DNA of 64,000 nucleotides from an uncultured Acidimicrobiales bacterium (GTDB lineage Bacteria; Actinomycetota; Acidimicrobiia; Acidimicrobiales; SZUA-35): NCBI GenBank assembly GCA_938021675.1, contig CALIFY010000075.1, positions 18,382 to 82,381 of the forward strand, read 5' to 3'. Shown piece by piece: positions 40,391 to 50,377 of this stretch (position 1 is its first letter; each line of letters starts with the position of its first letter). The notes under the pieces were generated by a model. It saw only the letters and a program-made list of their open reading frames with translations, ran no database searches and was not told where the DNA came from. The position numbers and the translations under genes were made by a program.

Positions 40391-41749
40391 CTACCGATCG
40401 GCCAGGCGACGGCCTCGACTCGACACCTCGGCCATCGCCTGGCTCACATCGACCCCGACCGGTCGACGGTCCACGACGACCGGACAACCGGCGACCCACA
40501 CATCGGTTACGAATCGCGAGGATCCGGCGAAGACTAGATTGGTCACTAGGTCTATTCCTGGGGTGAAGGCCGGCTGGTCGAGGTCGATGCGAATGACGTC
40601 GGCCCATGCACCACCCCGAAGCACCCCGACGTCATCGAGACCGATGGCCTTGGCTGCCGATCGAGTGGCGAGGTCGAGCGCAGTCGCGGCATCCATCACT
40701 GCCGGGTCGAGGCCGACACCGCGAGCCAACAACGGGGCCAGCGTGACCTCCTCCCAGAGGTCGAGGTTGTCGTTTGAGGCCGGTCCATCGGTGCCCAGCC
40801 CGACGGTCACGCCAGCGGCCAACAGGTCGACCACCGGTGCAATCCCGGACCCGAGCTTGCAGTTGGATTGCGGACAGTGAGCTACCGCGGCACCAACGTC
40901 GGCCAGTAACTGCCGATCACCCTCATCGAGCCACACCCCGTGGGCGGCGATGGCCGGTCCATCGAAGGCGCCAACCTCGGCGAGGAGGCGGGTAGCCGTT
41001 TTGCCGTAGCGATCGAGGACCAGCTGGCGTTCGGTCGACGTCTCCTCAAGATGGATATGGAACAACGCATTCACCGCTTGGGCCTGACGGGCGATCTCAC
41101 CACACTGATCGGGCGTGAGGTCGTAGACCGAGTGAGGGGCGAAGCCGACGTGGATCCGGCCCTCCGGATCATGACGGCGGTGATAAAAGTCGGTGATCTC
41201 GGCGATTCGATCATCGACCTCGCCGTCCTTCAGTAGAGCTGAGATGACGCCCGGGGTCATGACAACCCGTGCACCGCTAGACACCACCGCATCGACGATG
41301 GCTTCCTCGAACAGGTACATTTCGCAACTGGTGGTAACCCCGGCGCACAACATCTCAGCCGAGCCGAGTGTCATGCCCCACCACGCATCTTCGGCCGTCA
41401 TCTTGGCTTCCCGCGGCCATACCCCCTCCTGCAACCAACGCTGAAGCGGCATTCCGTCGCCGGCCGACCGGACGAGAGTCATCGGCGTATGGGCATGGCT
41501 GTTGACCAGACCTGGCATGAGGAGACCGCCCAACCGCGAAACGGTCGGCGGTGCCTGGCCCAGCATCGCCTCGGTGCCTACCCCCACGACCCGCCCGGCA
41601 TCGTCGATATCGACGGCGCCGCCTTCGATCACTCGACCATCGCCACCGCCGGGCAAGACGTAATCGCCAACCAGCCGACGAGCTGGCCCGTTTGTGGTCG
41701 CGATCGAAGTCTGGATCGGGGGTGGGGCTTCGCTGCCATCTCCGCTCAT
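40391..41749 (-). CDS. mtaD: Amidohydrolase, 5-methylthioadenosine/S-adenosylhomocysteine deaminase-like
   Basis: 452 aa with LMPGLVNSHAHTPMTL, FHIHLEET, VAHCPQSNCKLGSG, GTDGPASN. 4-nt ATGA overlap with the mtnA stop. Confidence 0.8.
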   Translation of the reverse strand: MSGDGSEAPPPIQTSIATTNGPARRLVGDYVLPGGGDGRVIEGGAVDIDDAGRVVGVGTEAMLGQAPPTVSRLGGLLMPGLVNSHAHTPMTLVRSAGDGMPLQRWLQEGVWPREAKMTAEDAWWGMTLGSAEMLCAGVTTSCEMYLFEEAIVDAVVSSGARVVMTPGVISALLKDGEVDDRIAEITDFYHRRHDPEGRIHVGFAPHSVYDLTPDQCGEIARQAQAVNALFHIHLEETSTERQLVLDRYGKTATRLLAEVGAFDGPAIAAHGVWLDEGDRQLLADVGAAVAHCPQSNCKLGSGIAPVVDLLAAGVTVGLGTDGPASNDNLDLWEEVTLAPLLARGVGLDPAVMDAATALDLATRSAAKAIGLDDVGVLRGGAWADVIRIDLDQPAFTPGIDLVTNLVFAGSSRFVTDVWVAGCPVVVDRRPVGVDVSQAMAEVSSRGRRLADR

Positions 41750-42816
41750 AGCGTCTCTCCCCTATCGAAGCGAACGACCCGTCGATCGGTCACGAGGGCG
41801 GTAATCAGCCCGACCGGCGTCACATCGAACGCGGGATTCACCGCTTCGGTTCCCTCCGGGGCGATCGCGATCCCTCGAACGCCCGTTACCTCATCGCCAT
41901 CACGGTCCTCGATCTCGATGTCGGCTCCGGTCAAGGTCTGTAAGTCGATCGTCGTCTCGGGAGCAACGACGATGAATGGCACACCGGCATGAGCGGCGCC
42001 TAGAGCCAAACCAAAGCTGCCGATCTTGTTTGCGGTGTCACCATTGCCGGCTACCCGGTCGGCGCCGATCAACACGACGTCGGCCTGACCACGGGCCAAC
42101 AGAAACGGAGCGGCCGAGTCGACGAGAAGCCGATGCGGTGCCCCCATCCGTCGCAGCTCCCAGGTCGTTAGGCGACCGCCCTGCAGCAGCGGTCTCGTCT
42201 CTACCGGCAATGCCTCGGCCAACCGCCCTCGCTCGTGCAGAGTCTGGATCACCGCAAGGGCGGTTCCCCGTTCGACGGTGGCCAAACCTCCGGTGTTGCA
42301 GATCGTCATGGCTCGGATGTTCGCCGGTTCAGCATCGGCACCACCAGCACGAGCACCAGCGCCAGCGACCAGCTCAGCGACCAGATCGGCTCCGGCATCC
42401 CCCATCGCCACCGAGGCTGCGAGCTCCTCATCTCGGATTCTGTCCGCCTCGGCCAGCGCAGCCTCGAACCCGCCGGCCACCGCCACCGGCGTCACCCGAT
42501 CGACCATCAACGCCAAGTTGACCGCCGTCGGTCGGGCAGTACGGATCGACTCGACCGCACCGTCGAATGCCTCCCGGTCGGCCGTTGGGCCGTGCTGGGA
42601 GGCGGCGAGGGCAACTCCATACGCGCCGGCGACACCGAGCGCCGGTGCCCCTCGAACAGATAAGCGCACGATGGCAGCCACCAGATCGGCCACCCGGTCG
42701 ATACGCAACATCTCGACCCGCTGAGGCAACACCGTCTGGTCGACGAGCAGCACGGCATCGTCGACCCAGTCGACGGTACGAATCTTGCTCTCATGGTGCT
42801 CAGCTGTTGAGCCCAT
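41746..42816 (-). CDS. mtnA: S-methyl-5-thioribose-1-phosphate isomerase
   Basis: 356 aa with VRGAPALGVAGAYGVALA, RPTAVNL, CNTGGLAT, IGADRVAGNGDTANKIG (eIF-2B alpha/beta/delta family). Confidence 0.88.
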   Translation of the reverse strand: MGSTAEHHESKIRTVDWVDDAVLLVDQTVLPQRVEMLRIDRVADLVAAIVRLSVRGAPALGVAGAYGVALAASQHGPTADREAFDGAVESIRTARPTAVNLALMVDRVTPVAVAGGFEAALAEADRIRDEELAASVAMGDAGADLVAELVAGAGARAGGADAEPANIRAMTICNTGGLATVERGTALAVIQTLHERGRLAEALPVETRPLLQGGRLTTWELRRMGAPHRLLVDSAAPFLLARGQADVVLIGADRVAGNGDTANKIGSFGLALGAAHAGVPFIVVAPETTIDLQTLTGADIEIEDRDGDEVTGVRGIAIAPEGTEAVNPAFDVTPVGLITALVTDRRVVRFDRGETL

Positions 42817-43582
42817 GCCCTCCCACTTCGGCCACGGTCCGCCCGATCAGTCGTTGCAGCGGTTCAACCGCTCGAGCTATGACTGCCATGATGTCGTCGA
42901 CTCCCAGTTCCTCTTCGCCCAACCCGGCGGCCGGGTTGGAGATCACGCCAATGGCAGCGTACGGAAGGCCGGCCTCGGCGGCCAAGGCGACCTCCGGATA
43001 GCCGGTCATCCCGACCAGCTGTCCCCCCATCGTCCGCATCATTGCGATCTCGGCTGGCGTTTCGAACCGAGGTCCGTTCGTGGTGCAATAGATCCCGCCG
43101 TCGATCACCCCAATCGCCTCGGAGGCCGCTGCGGCGAGGATCGCAGCTCGGAGACCGGGATGGTATGGCCGGCTCATGTCGGTGTGGCCGACCTTGGGAG
43201 ACGGCTCGCCACCGCGGACGACCGGCCTCGCCGAGCCATCGAAGAAGGTCGCCTCCCGACCGGTGGTGAAATCGAGGAAATCGGAGATTACGACCAACGT
43301 TCCCGGAGTCATCGACGGGTCGATCCCGCCGCTTACCGCGGTGGCCAGCACCGCGGTCACGCCTACCTCCGCCAAGGCTGAGATATTGGCCCGGTAGTTG
43401 ATGGCGTGCGGGGGGACCGAATGATCGGATCCGTGGCGGGCAATGAATCCGACGGATACGTCATGCCAACGCCCAGTCGTCACCCGAACCGGCCCCCCGA
43501 AGGGCGTGTCCAATTCGAGGTCTTGGCGACCGTCGAGTTCATCGATGTCGTAGAAACCGCTTCCGGTGATCAACCCGAACAC
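42800..43582 (-). CDS. mtnP: S-methyl-5'-thioadenosine phosphorylase
   Basis: FGLITGSGFY...TPFG...FIARHG..HSVPPHAINYRANISAL...MTGYPEVALAAEAG. The listed ORF extends to 43966, but that part overlaps the upstream gene. The in-frame GTG at 43580-43582 gives MFGLITGSG. Confidence 0.8.
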   Translation of the reverse strand: MFGLITGSGFYDIDELDGRQDLELDTPFGGPVRVTTGRWHDVSVGFIARHGSDHSVPPHAINYRANISALAEVGVTAVLATAVSGGIDPSMTPGTLVVISDFLDFTTGREATFFDGSARPVVRGGEPSPKVGHTDMSRPYHPGLRAAILAAAASEAIGVIDGGIYCTTNGPRFETPAEIAMMRTMGGQLVGMTGYPEVALAAEAGLPYAAIGVISNPAAGLGEEELGVDDIMAVIARAVEPLQRLIGRTVAEVGGHGLNS

Positions 43583-43646
43583 GAGACCGAGGCTAGCGCC
43601 CCACCTGGGTGTCGGCTGTCGGTGATCCGCCTGGCGACGATGGCGA

Positions 43647-44654
43647 TCAGACCGAGGTCGGCTGAGAACTGCCCGTCGTTTCGAGTTCGCTCGCCGCGTG
43701 AACCAACACCCGGGCCGTTCGCAGATCATGCTCGTGGGCGTCGAGCGGGAGCAGCCAGTCAAAGTCGTGGCGGCGGCGCCCCCATGGTGCGGGGAATCGG
43801 CGGACGGCATCGAGACCATCACACCAGCGCACGGCATCACCGACCAACCCGACGGTAGAGGCATCGATTTCGGCCCGGTGACGCTGAGCGAACCCGGTCG
43901 ACCCGCGGGCCAATACCGCCAACCAAAGAACGGCGACGCCATAGGTTGCGACGAGGGCCGGGCCAACCAAGAACGGGGTACTGAAGAACCATCCGGCGCC
44001 GGCGCCGAGCGCAGCCAAGAACGACTGCAGGACGAGGAACAGCGGCAGAGGCCAGACCCGGCGGAGTCCAGCCCGAGCAGCAGCCACCACTAACGCGGCC
44101 GGGGCACGAACGGCCAGTCTGACCCGATCAGCCGTGCCGTCGACCGCGGCGCCGGTCAATGCGGTGGCAACCAACACCCGACGCTCAGACTCGGGCAGTT
44201 CTGCGAGCGCGTTCGTCAGAAGAATCGCTGGACTTTGAGCTGTGCCGCCAAGAACGGCCACATTCAACCAGTCGACATCGAGCAGATGGATTCTCGGTTC
44301 GACGCCCAATTCTCGCCCTACCGCCTCGACGGTGGCGACGATGTCACGATGATCAACACGGGCGGGGTCGGCCGGTACAGCTCCGGTCACCCACGGCCAA
44401 AAGCGATCGGCCCGCACGGCGGCAAAAATCCCCCCGACGACGACCAGGATAGGGACAGCACAGAGGCCGACCAAGAACGAAAGTCCCTCCCCAAGCCCCG
44501 ATCCCCACAAGCCCCGCACAAACAGAACGAGGCCGAATAGGTCGACGAGTGCCAGCGCACCGACCGCGACCGCTACGGGGACGACGGTGGCGGCGGCGAC
44601 CAGTAGTGATAGTGCCGCTTCGACCGCGCCATTTCGCCCATACCGACCGAACAT
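43647..44654 (-). CDS. Hypothetical polytopic membrane protein embedded in the methyl-cycle operon
   Basis: The listed ORF is 395 aa (start 44834). Met at 44654 (MFGRYGRNG...) precedes the first hydrophobic helices. The layout is two N-terminal TM helices, a soluble middle part, then further TM helices. There is no HExxH motif. Family not recognised. Confidence 0.5.
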   Translation of the reverse strand: MFGRYGRNGAVEAALSLLVAAATVVPVAVAVGALALVDLFGLVLFVRGLWGSGLGEGLSFLVGLCAVPILVVVGGIFAAVRADRFWPWVTGAVPADPARVDHRDIVATVEAVGRELGVEPRIHLLDVDWLNVAVLGGTAQSPAILLTNALAELPESERRVLVATALTGAAVDGTADRVRLAVRAPAALVVAAARAGLRRVWPLPLFLVLQSFLAALGAGAGWFFSTPFLVGPALVATYGVAVLWLAVLARGSTGFAQRHRAEIDASTVGLVGDAVRWCDGLDAVRRFPAPWGRRRHDFDWLLPLDAHEHDLRTARVLVHAASELETTGSSQPTSV

Positions 44655-44821
44655 GTTCTTGACATCTATCACCGATCTCACCTTTCCCGCCGAAGCCCGA
44701 CGGGGTCGCCCTGAATATGAAATTCGTCCCATTTTCCTATGAAACCGAGCGAAACCACCGAAGCTGACACCCGCGTCGCAGGATCGAAATACTCTCGGCA
44801 ATGGGTAAATCCAACCAGTAG

Positions 44822-46090
44822 CTAGACGATCCAAGGATCGATCGTGTCGCGTTGTTCTTTCGATATTTCATCGAGTTCGATTCCATCGATGGCCAACCTG
44901 GCCCGAGCGATCGCGTCGTCGACGTGAGGTTCTAGGACATGGACACCCGGTCGATACTCGCCGGTCATCAATGCATGACAGGAGAGCGCCTGAACCGCGA
45001 ACGAGAGATCCATGATCTCGATTGGATGGCCAAGCCCACCGGCGATGTTGACTAGCGCACCCCCGGCCAGGACCAGCACTTCGTGCTCACCGTCAAGCCG
45101 GTAGCGGGTGATGCCGGGGCGGACCTCGTCCTGCTCGTGTGCCGCCGCGGCGAGTGCCTCGACATCGATCTCCAGATCGTGGTGACCGGCATTGGCCAGG
45201 ATCGCCCCCGGCCGGAGCAGGGGGAAGTGAGATCGTCCGAGCGCTCGCAGTCCGCCGGTAGCGGTAATGACCATGTCGGCATCGGGGAGCGCGTCGGCCA
45301 AGGCCGCAACCTCATGCCCATCCATGTAGGCCTCCAAGGCCCGGACCGGGTCGACCTCAACCACGATCGGCGTGCCGCCCATCGCTCTGATATACGTTGC
45401 CAACCCTCGACCGACCCAGCCGTAGCCGATGATGGCAACCCGCTTTCCCGGCATCAGTAGGTTTGTGAGGTTAAGAATGGCCTGGATGGTCGATTGGCCG
45501 GTCCCGTAGCGATTGTCGAACAGGTGTTTACATCGGGCGTCGTTGGCGGCCATGGCAGGAAACGGGAGCCGGCCGGCTTCGGCCAGACTCCGTAACCGGG
45601 CCACGCCGGTGGTGGTCTGTTCCGACACCCCTCGGAGGGCGGCGAACAGTTCCGGACGGTGGGCGGCCAGGCGCATCGTCAGCTCGGCGCCATCGTCGAT
45701 CACATATTCCGGGCCGCGATCGGCCACGTGGAGCAGATGTTTCTCCCAGGCCTCGTAGCCGCTCAGCCTGGTCGAATGCACTTCGATGCCCCGGTCCACT
45801 AGGGCGGCGGCAATCTCGTCTCGGGTGGTGTGAGGATTGCTGCCGGCCACCACGACCTCGGCCCCGGCATCGGCGAGCACGGTAGCGAGAAAGGCCGTCT
45901 TTGCTTCGAGGTGAACCACCAAGGCGATCCGTCGCCCCTCAACCGATCCGTCGCCAAGCCGGTCCCGTACGAACGTATCGAGGATCACCGAATGTCTCCG
46001 GGCCCACTCGATAGCGAGCGCGCCCTCGTCGGCCAGGGTCGGGTCTGCGATGTTTGAGCGAGAACGGACGTCGTCGACGGATGCGGTCAT
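44822..46090 (-). CDS. ahcY: Adenosylhomocysteinase (short, archaeal/actinobacterial type)
   Basis: 422 aa with HLEAKTAFLATVL, GSNPHTTRDEIAAAL, IIGYGWVGRGLATYIRAMG, DPVRALEAYMDG. Confidence 0.9.
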   Translation of the reverse strand: MTASVDDVRSRSNIADPTLADEGALAIEWARRHSVILDTFVRDRLGDGSVEGRRIALVVHLEAKTAFLATVLADAGAEVVVAGSNPHTTRDEIAAALVDRGIEVHSTRLSGYEAWEKHLLHVADRGPEYVIDDGAELTMRLAAHRPELFAALRGVSEQTTTGVARLRSLAEAGRLPFPAMAANDARCKHLFDNRYGTGQSTIQAILNLTNLLMPGKRVAIIGYGWVGRGLATYIRAMGGTPIVVEVDPVRALEAYMDGHEVAALADALPDADMVITATGGLRALGRSHFPLLRPGAILANAGHHDLEIDVEALAAAAHEQDEVRPGITRYRLDGEHEVLVLAGGALVNIAGGLGHPIEIMDLSFAVQALSCHALMTGEYRPGVHVLEPHVDDAIARARLAIDGIELDEISKEQRDTIDPWIV

Positions 46091-46099
46091 CGACCGAGA

Positions 46100-47446
46100 C
46101 TACTTCGATCTACGGAACGGCTGGCCCTCCGCGGCTGGAGCGATCGACCGACCGAGCGCTCCAGCCACGACCACGATGGTGACGACGAACGGGAGGCTTT
46201 GAAAAAACTCGCTCGGAATACCGAATCCGCCGATCTCAACCTGGAGGAACTGCAGGCGGGAGCCGAGTGCCCTGGCAAAACCAAACAACAGGGCCCCCGC
46301 GAAGGCACCCCAGGGTGTCCACTTGCCGAAGATCAGGGCGGCCAGGGCGATGAACCCGGCCGAGTTGGTCATGTTGTCCTCGAATCCAGATTGCGACTCG
46401 AGGGAGAACCAAGCCCCGGCCATACCGGCGATGAACCCGCCGACCACGACGGCCTGATACCGCACGGTGATGACGTCGATACCGAGCGTTTCGGCGGCGT
46501 GGGGATTTTCGCCACACGACCGCACCCGCAACCCCCAGGCGGTTCGAAACATGACGAGCCACGTCAGGCCTACCACCGCATACATGGCGTAGTGGATGGG
46601 CTTTCCTTGGAACAGCGTCTCTCCGAGGATCGGCAGCCGGCTGAGCAGTGGCACGCCAAATTCTGTGGTTGAGAGGCCTTTGGAATTGCCGTTTGGAACG
46701 ATGACCTCCGATCGGAGGAAGCCTGTGAGCCCAAGGGCGAACAGATTGATCACGACGCCGGCCACGATCTGATTGATACCGAAGTTGATCGACAGGACTG
46801 CCAACAGCAGCGCCAGCAATCCACCGGTCAGAATGGCGACGAGCACCGCCACCCACAACCAGGCCACGCTCGAGGCTGCGCCGAGCAGAGCGAAAGACAT
46901 GAAGCCGACGCCGGCCGAGGCCAACATCATGCCTTCGATGCCGATGTTTATGATGCCCGACCGCTCACACCACAACCCCGTCATTGCCCCAAGGGCGACC
47001 GGCGTGGCCAGAACCAATGACTCGTCGAGCAAGTTGGTCACGTTGGTCGATGACGAACCGGACAGCCCGAGGGCGATGGCCATGATCAGGGGAACGGCAG
47101 ATATCGCTGAAAAAAGGTGAAGACGTCCGGCCCAACCGTCGAACCGCTGTGGGCTGAACGCCGCGACGGCCGATAGCAGATAGAGGACCCCGACGGCCAC
47201 GATGAGTGTCGGCGGAGAAAAGCTGAACTGCAGCGGATCGGGTGGTGATTCGAACGCAAACGATTTGGTTTCGCTGGTGATGGACGGAGCGACAGCGACG
47301 ATGAGGATCACGCCGAGAACCGCGAACAACACACCGGTGATCTGCCGACGCCCCAACCGTCGACGCCCTGTGGCGCCCACGTCGCTCGTAACGGTTCCAG
47401 TTTGCTCTGCGACTTCGTCGACTCCGGCCCCGGTCATCACACCCAC
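46100..47446 (-). CDS. ABC transporter permease (BMP/nucleoside-type, second permease)
   Basis: 448 aa, polytopic, with ERSGIINIGIEGMML, the motif of the branched-chain/ribose-type permease family. Overlaps the upstream permease. Confidence 0.8.
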   Translation of the reverse strand: MGVMTGAGVDEVAEQTGTVTSDVGATGRRRLGRRQITGVLFAVLGVILIVAVAPSITSETKSFAFESPPDPLQFSFSPPTLIVAVGVLYLLSAVAAFSPQRFDGWAGRLHLFSAISAVPLIMAIALGLSGSSSTNVTNLLDESLVLATPVALGAMTGLWCERSGIINIGIEGMMLASAGVGFMSFALLGAASSVAWLWVAVLVAILTGGLLALLLAVLSINFGINQIVAGVVINLFALGLTGFLRSEVIVPNGNSKGLSTTEFGVPLLSRLPILGETLFQGKPIHYAMYAVVGLTWLVMFRTAWGLRVRSCGENPHAAETLGIDVITVRYQAVVVGGFIAGMAGAWFSLESQSGFEDNMTNSAGFIALAALIFGKWTPWGAFAGALLFGFARALGSRLQFLQVEIGGFGIPSEFFQSLPFVVTIVVVAGALGRSIAPAAEGQPFRRSK

Positions 47447-48561
47447 CCCGCGTTTGTCGCATCGATGTGTCGGCCACCTTGATCACGTACACGGAACAGA
47501 TAGCGGACGATGGCGTCTGCCGCTACGAACAGCAGAACCATGGCCTGGATGATCCGAACTACATCGATCGATACATCCGCTTCCTGCTGCATGAGCGGAG
47601 CGCCGGCCAGCAACGATCCCCAAAGAAGAGCCGCCGGCAAGATGGCGACCGGGTTCGCCCGAGCGAGCAATGCTATGGCAATGCCATCAAAGCCGATGAA
47701 GGCGAAGGTTCCCGGTTGGAAGAACTGGTTCGTTCCCGACACTTCGCTGGCGGCGGCGACTCCGGCGAACGCTCCAGAGAGTGCCATCGATGACACGATG
47801 ATTCGGTTCACGTTAATTCCGGCGTACCGGGCGGCGTTCGGATTGGTCCCGACGGTGATGACCTCGAACCCGAACGTTGTGCGAGCAATAACGAACGCCA
47901 AGACAACCGCCACCGCGATCATGACGAACAGTCCGAAGTGCAGATTCGGCTCCGAGTCGACGAGCTGCGGCAACACCGCACCATCGGCGATTTGTTCGGT
48001 CCTCGGCACGCTGGCGGCGGTGTCCCGAAGGATCACCGGATCGCGAGAATTGACGATCCAGCGAACGATGAACAGCGCCACACTGTTGAGCATGATGGTG
48101 CTGATGACCTCGTGAGCTCCTGTTCTGGCCCGCAGCACGCCGGGGACACCTCCCCACACCAGCCCTCCGAACGCACCAGCGATCAAGACGGTCGGAATAG
48201 CGACCAGACCGGGGGCATCGGCCAGGAAGCTGAAGGTTCCAACCCAAGCGGCCAAAATTCCACCTACCAACAGCTGACCTTCGGCCCCGATGTTGAATAG
48301 CCCAGCCCTGAACGCCAACGCCAGAGCGAGTGCTGAGCCGACGAACGGCACCGATCGGGCAATCGAGGCGGCGACGCGATCGGGGCTGCCGACCATGCCC
48401 CGGACCAAAGCCCAATACGCTTCGAACGGGTTGACGCCGATGATGGCGATCAGGACGCCACCGACAATAAACGACAAAAGAATGGCGTACAGCGGCACCA
48501 GGACTGGTTGAACGCTCCACGCTTTGACGATCTTTCCCTGAAGGGAGTCCGACTCACCCAT
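47437..48561 (-). CDS. ABC transporter permease (BMP/nucleoside-type, first permease)
   Basis: 374 aa, polytopic, with FRAGLFNIGAEGQLL. 1-nt overlap with the ATPase stop. Confidence 0.8.
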   Translation of the reverse strand: MGESDSLQGKIVKAWSVQPVLVPLYAILLSFIVGGVLIAIIGVNPFEAYWALVRGMVGSPDRVAASIARSVPFVGSALALALAFRAGLFNIGAEGQLLVGGILAAWVGTFSFLADAPGLVAIPTVLIAGAFGGLVWGGVPGVLRARTGAHEVISTIMLNSVALFIVRWIVNSRDPVILRDTAASVPRTEQIADGAVLPQLVDSEPNLHFGLFVMIAVAVVLAFVIARTTFGFEVITVGTNPNAARYAGINVNRIIVSSMALSGAFAGVAAASEVSGTNQFFQPGTFAFIGFDGIAIALLARANPVAILPAALLWGSLLAGAPLMQQEADVSIDVVRIIQAMVLLFVAADAIVRYLFRVRDQGGRHIDATNAGWV

Positions 48562-50108
48562 CAGACGACCGATGCTTCAGCGTCGGACGCTGCCCCGGTG
48601 GCCATCAGATAGCCGAGTTGTTCCCGGGACGTCTCTGCGGTGTCGAACACCCCGACTAACCGGCCTCGGTAGAGCACACCGATTCGATCGGAGAGTGAGA
48701 GGATCTCATCGAGTTCCGCCGACACCAACAACACTGCTGCCCCCTCGTCGCGAAGGGCGATGATCTGGTTGTGAATGAACTCGATCGAGCCGATATCGAG
48801 CCCACGGGTTGGCTGAGCGACCAGAATCGCCCCCGGTTGGCCGCTCAATTCTCGGGCCACGATCACTTTCTGCTGATTGCCTCCCGACAGGTTTTGGATC
48901 GGCACGTCAACCCCAGGGGTTCGGACGTCGAATCGTTCGACCAAGGTCTCCGCTTCAGAGGCGATCGCCTGGCGGTCTCGTATGAACCTGCGGGAAAAGG
49001 GTCGATGATGATACCGGTTCAACACAACATTGTCGGCGATCGAATACGCCCCAACGACTCCGTGCTTGCCCCGATCTTCGGGAATGTGGGCTACGCCAAG
49101 TTCGGTGATTTCTCGGGGGGAGAGTTTCGTAGCGTTTCGCCCGAGCAGTTCGACGTGTCCTCCGACCTTTGGTCGCATGCCGGCCACCGCTTCGACAAGC
49201 TCACGTTGACCGTTCCCCTCGACCCCGGCAACCCCGAAGATCTCTCCGGCCCGAACCTTAAGGCTCAATTCGTTCACGGTGAGGACACCGCGGTCGTCCT
49301 CGACACTCATGCCATCGATGGCGATACGCACCTCAGCCGGGGCCGACTCGCCTTTCTCGACCTGGAAGACGACGTCTCGACCGACCATAAGGTTGGCCAA
49401 ACTCTGCTGGGTTGCCGACGACGGGTCGGCCGTGCCGGCGACCCGGCCGCCACGAAGCACCGTGATGCGATCGGCGACCGTCAACACTTCGCGCAATTTG
49501 TGGGTGATGAACACGATCGATTTTCCCTGATCGACCAGGCTTCGAACGACGGAGAAGAAGTCGTCGACCTCTCCTGGGGTCAACACCGCGGTCGGTTCGT
49601 CGAGAATGAGGATGTCAGCTTCTCGAAATAGAGCCTTAACCAACTCGACCCTCTGCTGCTCCCCAACCGATAGGTCCCCAACCTTTGCGTCTGGGTCGAC
49701 CTTCAACCCGTACCGTGTACCGAGTTCCGTGATCCGCTCTCGTGCCGCGTTGAGGTCGAGGAAGGGGCCACTGGTCACCTCGTTACCAAGGATGACGTTC
49801 TCGGCGACTGTGAACACCGGAATGAGCTGGAAGTGTTGGTGGACCATCCCGATACCAGCATCGATGGCGTCGGAGACCCCTCCGAAGCGCACCTGTTCGC
49901 CGCGGACGTGAATCGATCCAGCGTCCGGTTGGTACAGGCCGAACACGGTGTTGACCAGAGTGCTCTTCCCGGCGCCGTTCTCGCCGAGCAGGCAATGAAT
50001 TTCACCGTGGTGAAGGACCAGGTCTACGTCTTCGTTGGCTATCACACCAGGGAAGGTTTTCGTGACCCCTCGGACCTCGAGGACCGGTACACGCTCGTCA
50101 ACGGTCAC
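48561..50108 (-). CDS. ABC transporter ATP-binding protein with duplicated ATPase domains
   Basis: 515 aa with Walker A GENGAGKST, LSVGEQQRVELVKAL, and a second signature LSGGNQQKVIVAREL. Confidence 0.9.
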   Translation of the reverse strand: MTVDERVPVLEVRGVTKTFPGVIANEDVDLVLHHGEIHCLLGENGAGKSTLVNTVFGLYQPDAGSIHVRGEQVRFGGVSDAIDAGIGMVHQHFQLIPVFTVAENVILGNEVTSGPFLDLNAARERITELGTRYGLKVDPDAKVGDLSVGEQQRVELVKALFREADILILDEPTAVLTPGEVDDFFSVVRSLVDQGKSIVFITHKLREVLTVADRITVLRGGRVAGTADPSSATQQSLANLMVGRDVVFQVEKGESAPAEVRIAIDGMSVEDDRGVLTVNELSLKVRAGEIFGVAGVEGNGQRELVEAVAGMRPKVGGHVELLGRNATKLSPREITELGVAHIPEDRGKHGVVGAYSIADNVVLNRYHHRPFSRRFIRDRQAIASEAETLVERFDVRTPGVDVPIQNLSGGNQQKVIVARELSGQPGAILVAQPTRGLDIGSIEFIHNQIIALRDEGAAVLLVSAELDEILSLSDRIGVLYRGRLVGVFDTAETSREQLGYLMATGAASDAEASVV

Positions 50109-50301
50109 GCTCGATATCCCAACACCTGCACGCTCATCAACCTTCTCATCGGCACTTTCCCAGCATTGATATCAGCACATTCATCGACACTCTCCGCTCG
50201 CACCGTTCTCCACGGACGCGTCTTCCAGACTTGGGTCGGCGCGTCCGCGACACCATCTCAACACCAAGTGCGTTTGAGGGTAGGACATATCACGCACAAG
50301 T

Positions 50302-50340
50302 AAAAAGTCGAAGGTCCGACGCAGAAGCGCCGGACCTTCG
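50302..50340 (-). terminator. Intra-operon hairpin/terminator-like element between the binding-protein gene and the ATPase gene
   Basis: Minus strand: cgaaggtccg-gcgcttctgcgt-cggaccttcg (perfect 10-bp stem) followed by acttttta. Starts 38 nt after the BMP stop. Confidence 0.55.
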
Positions 50341-50377
50341 TACAGATTACAACTAGTTGATTGGGGGCCGAATCAGA

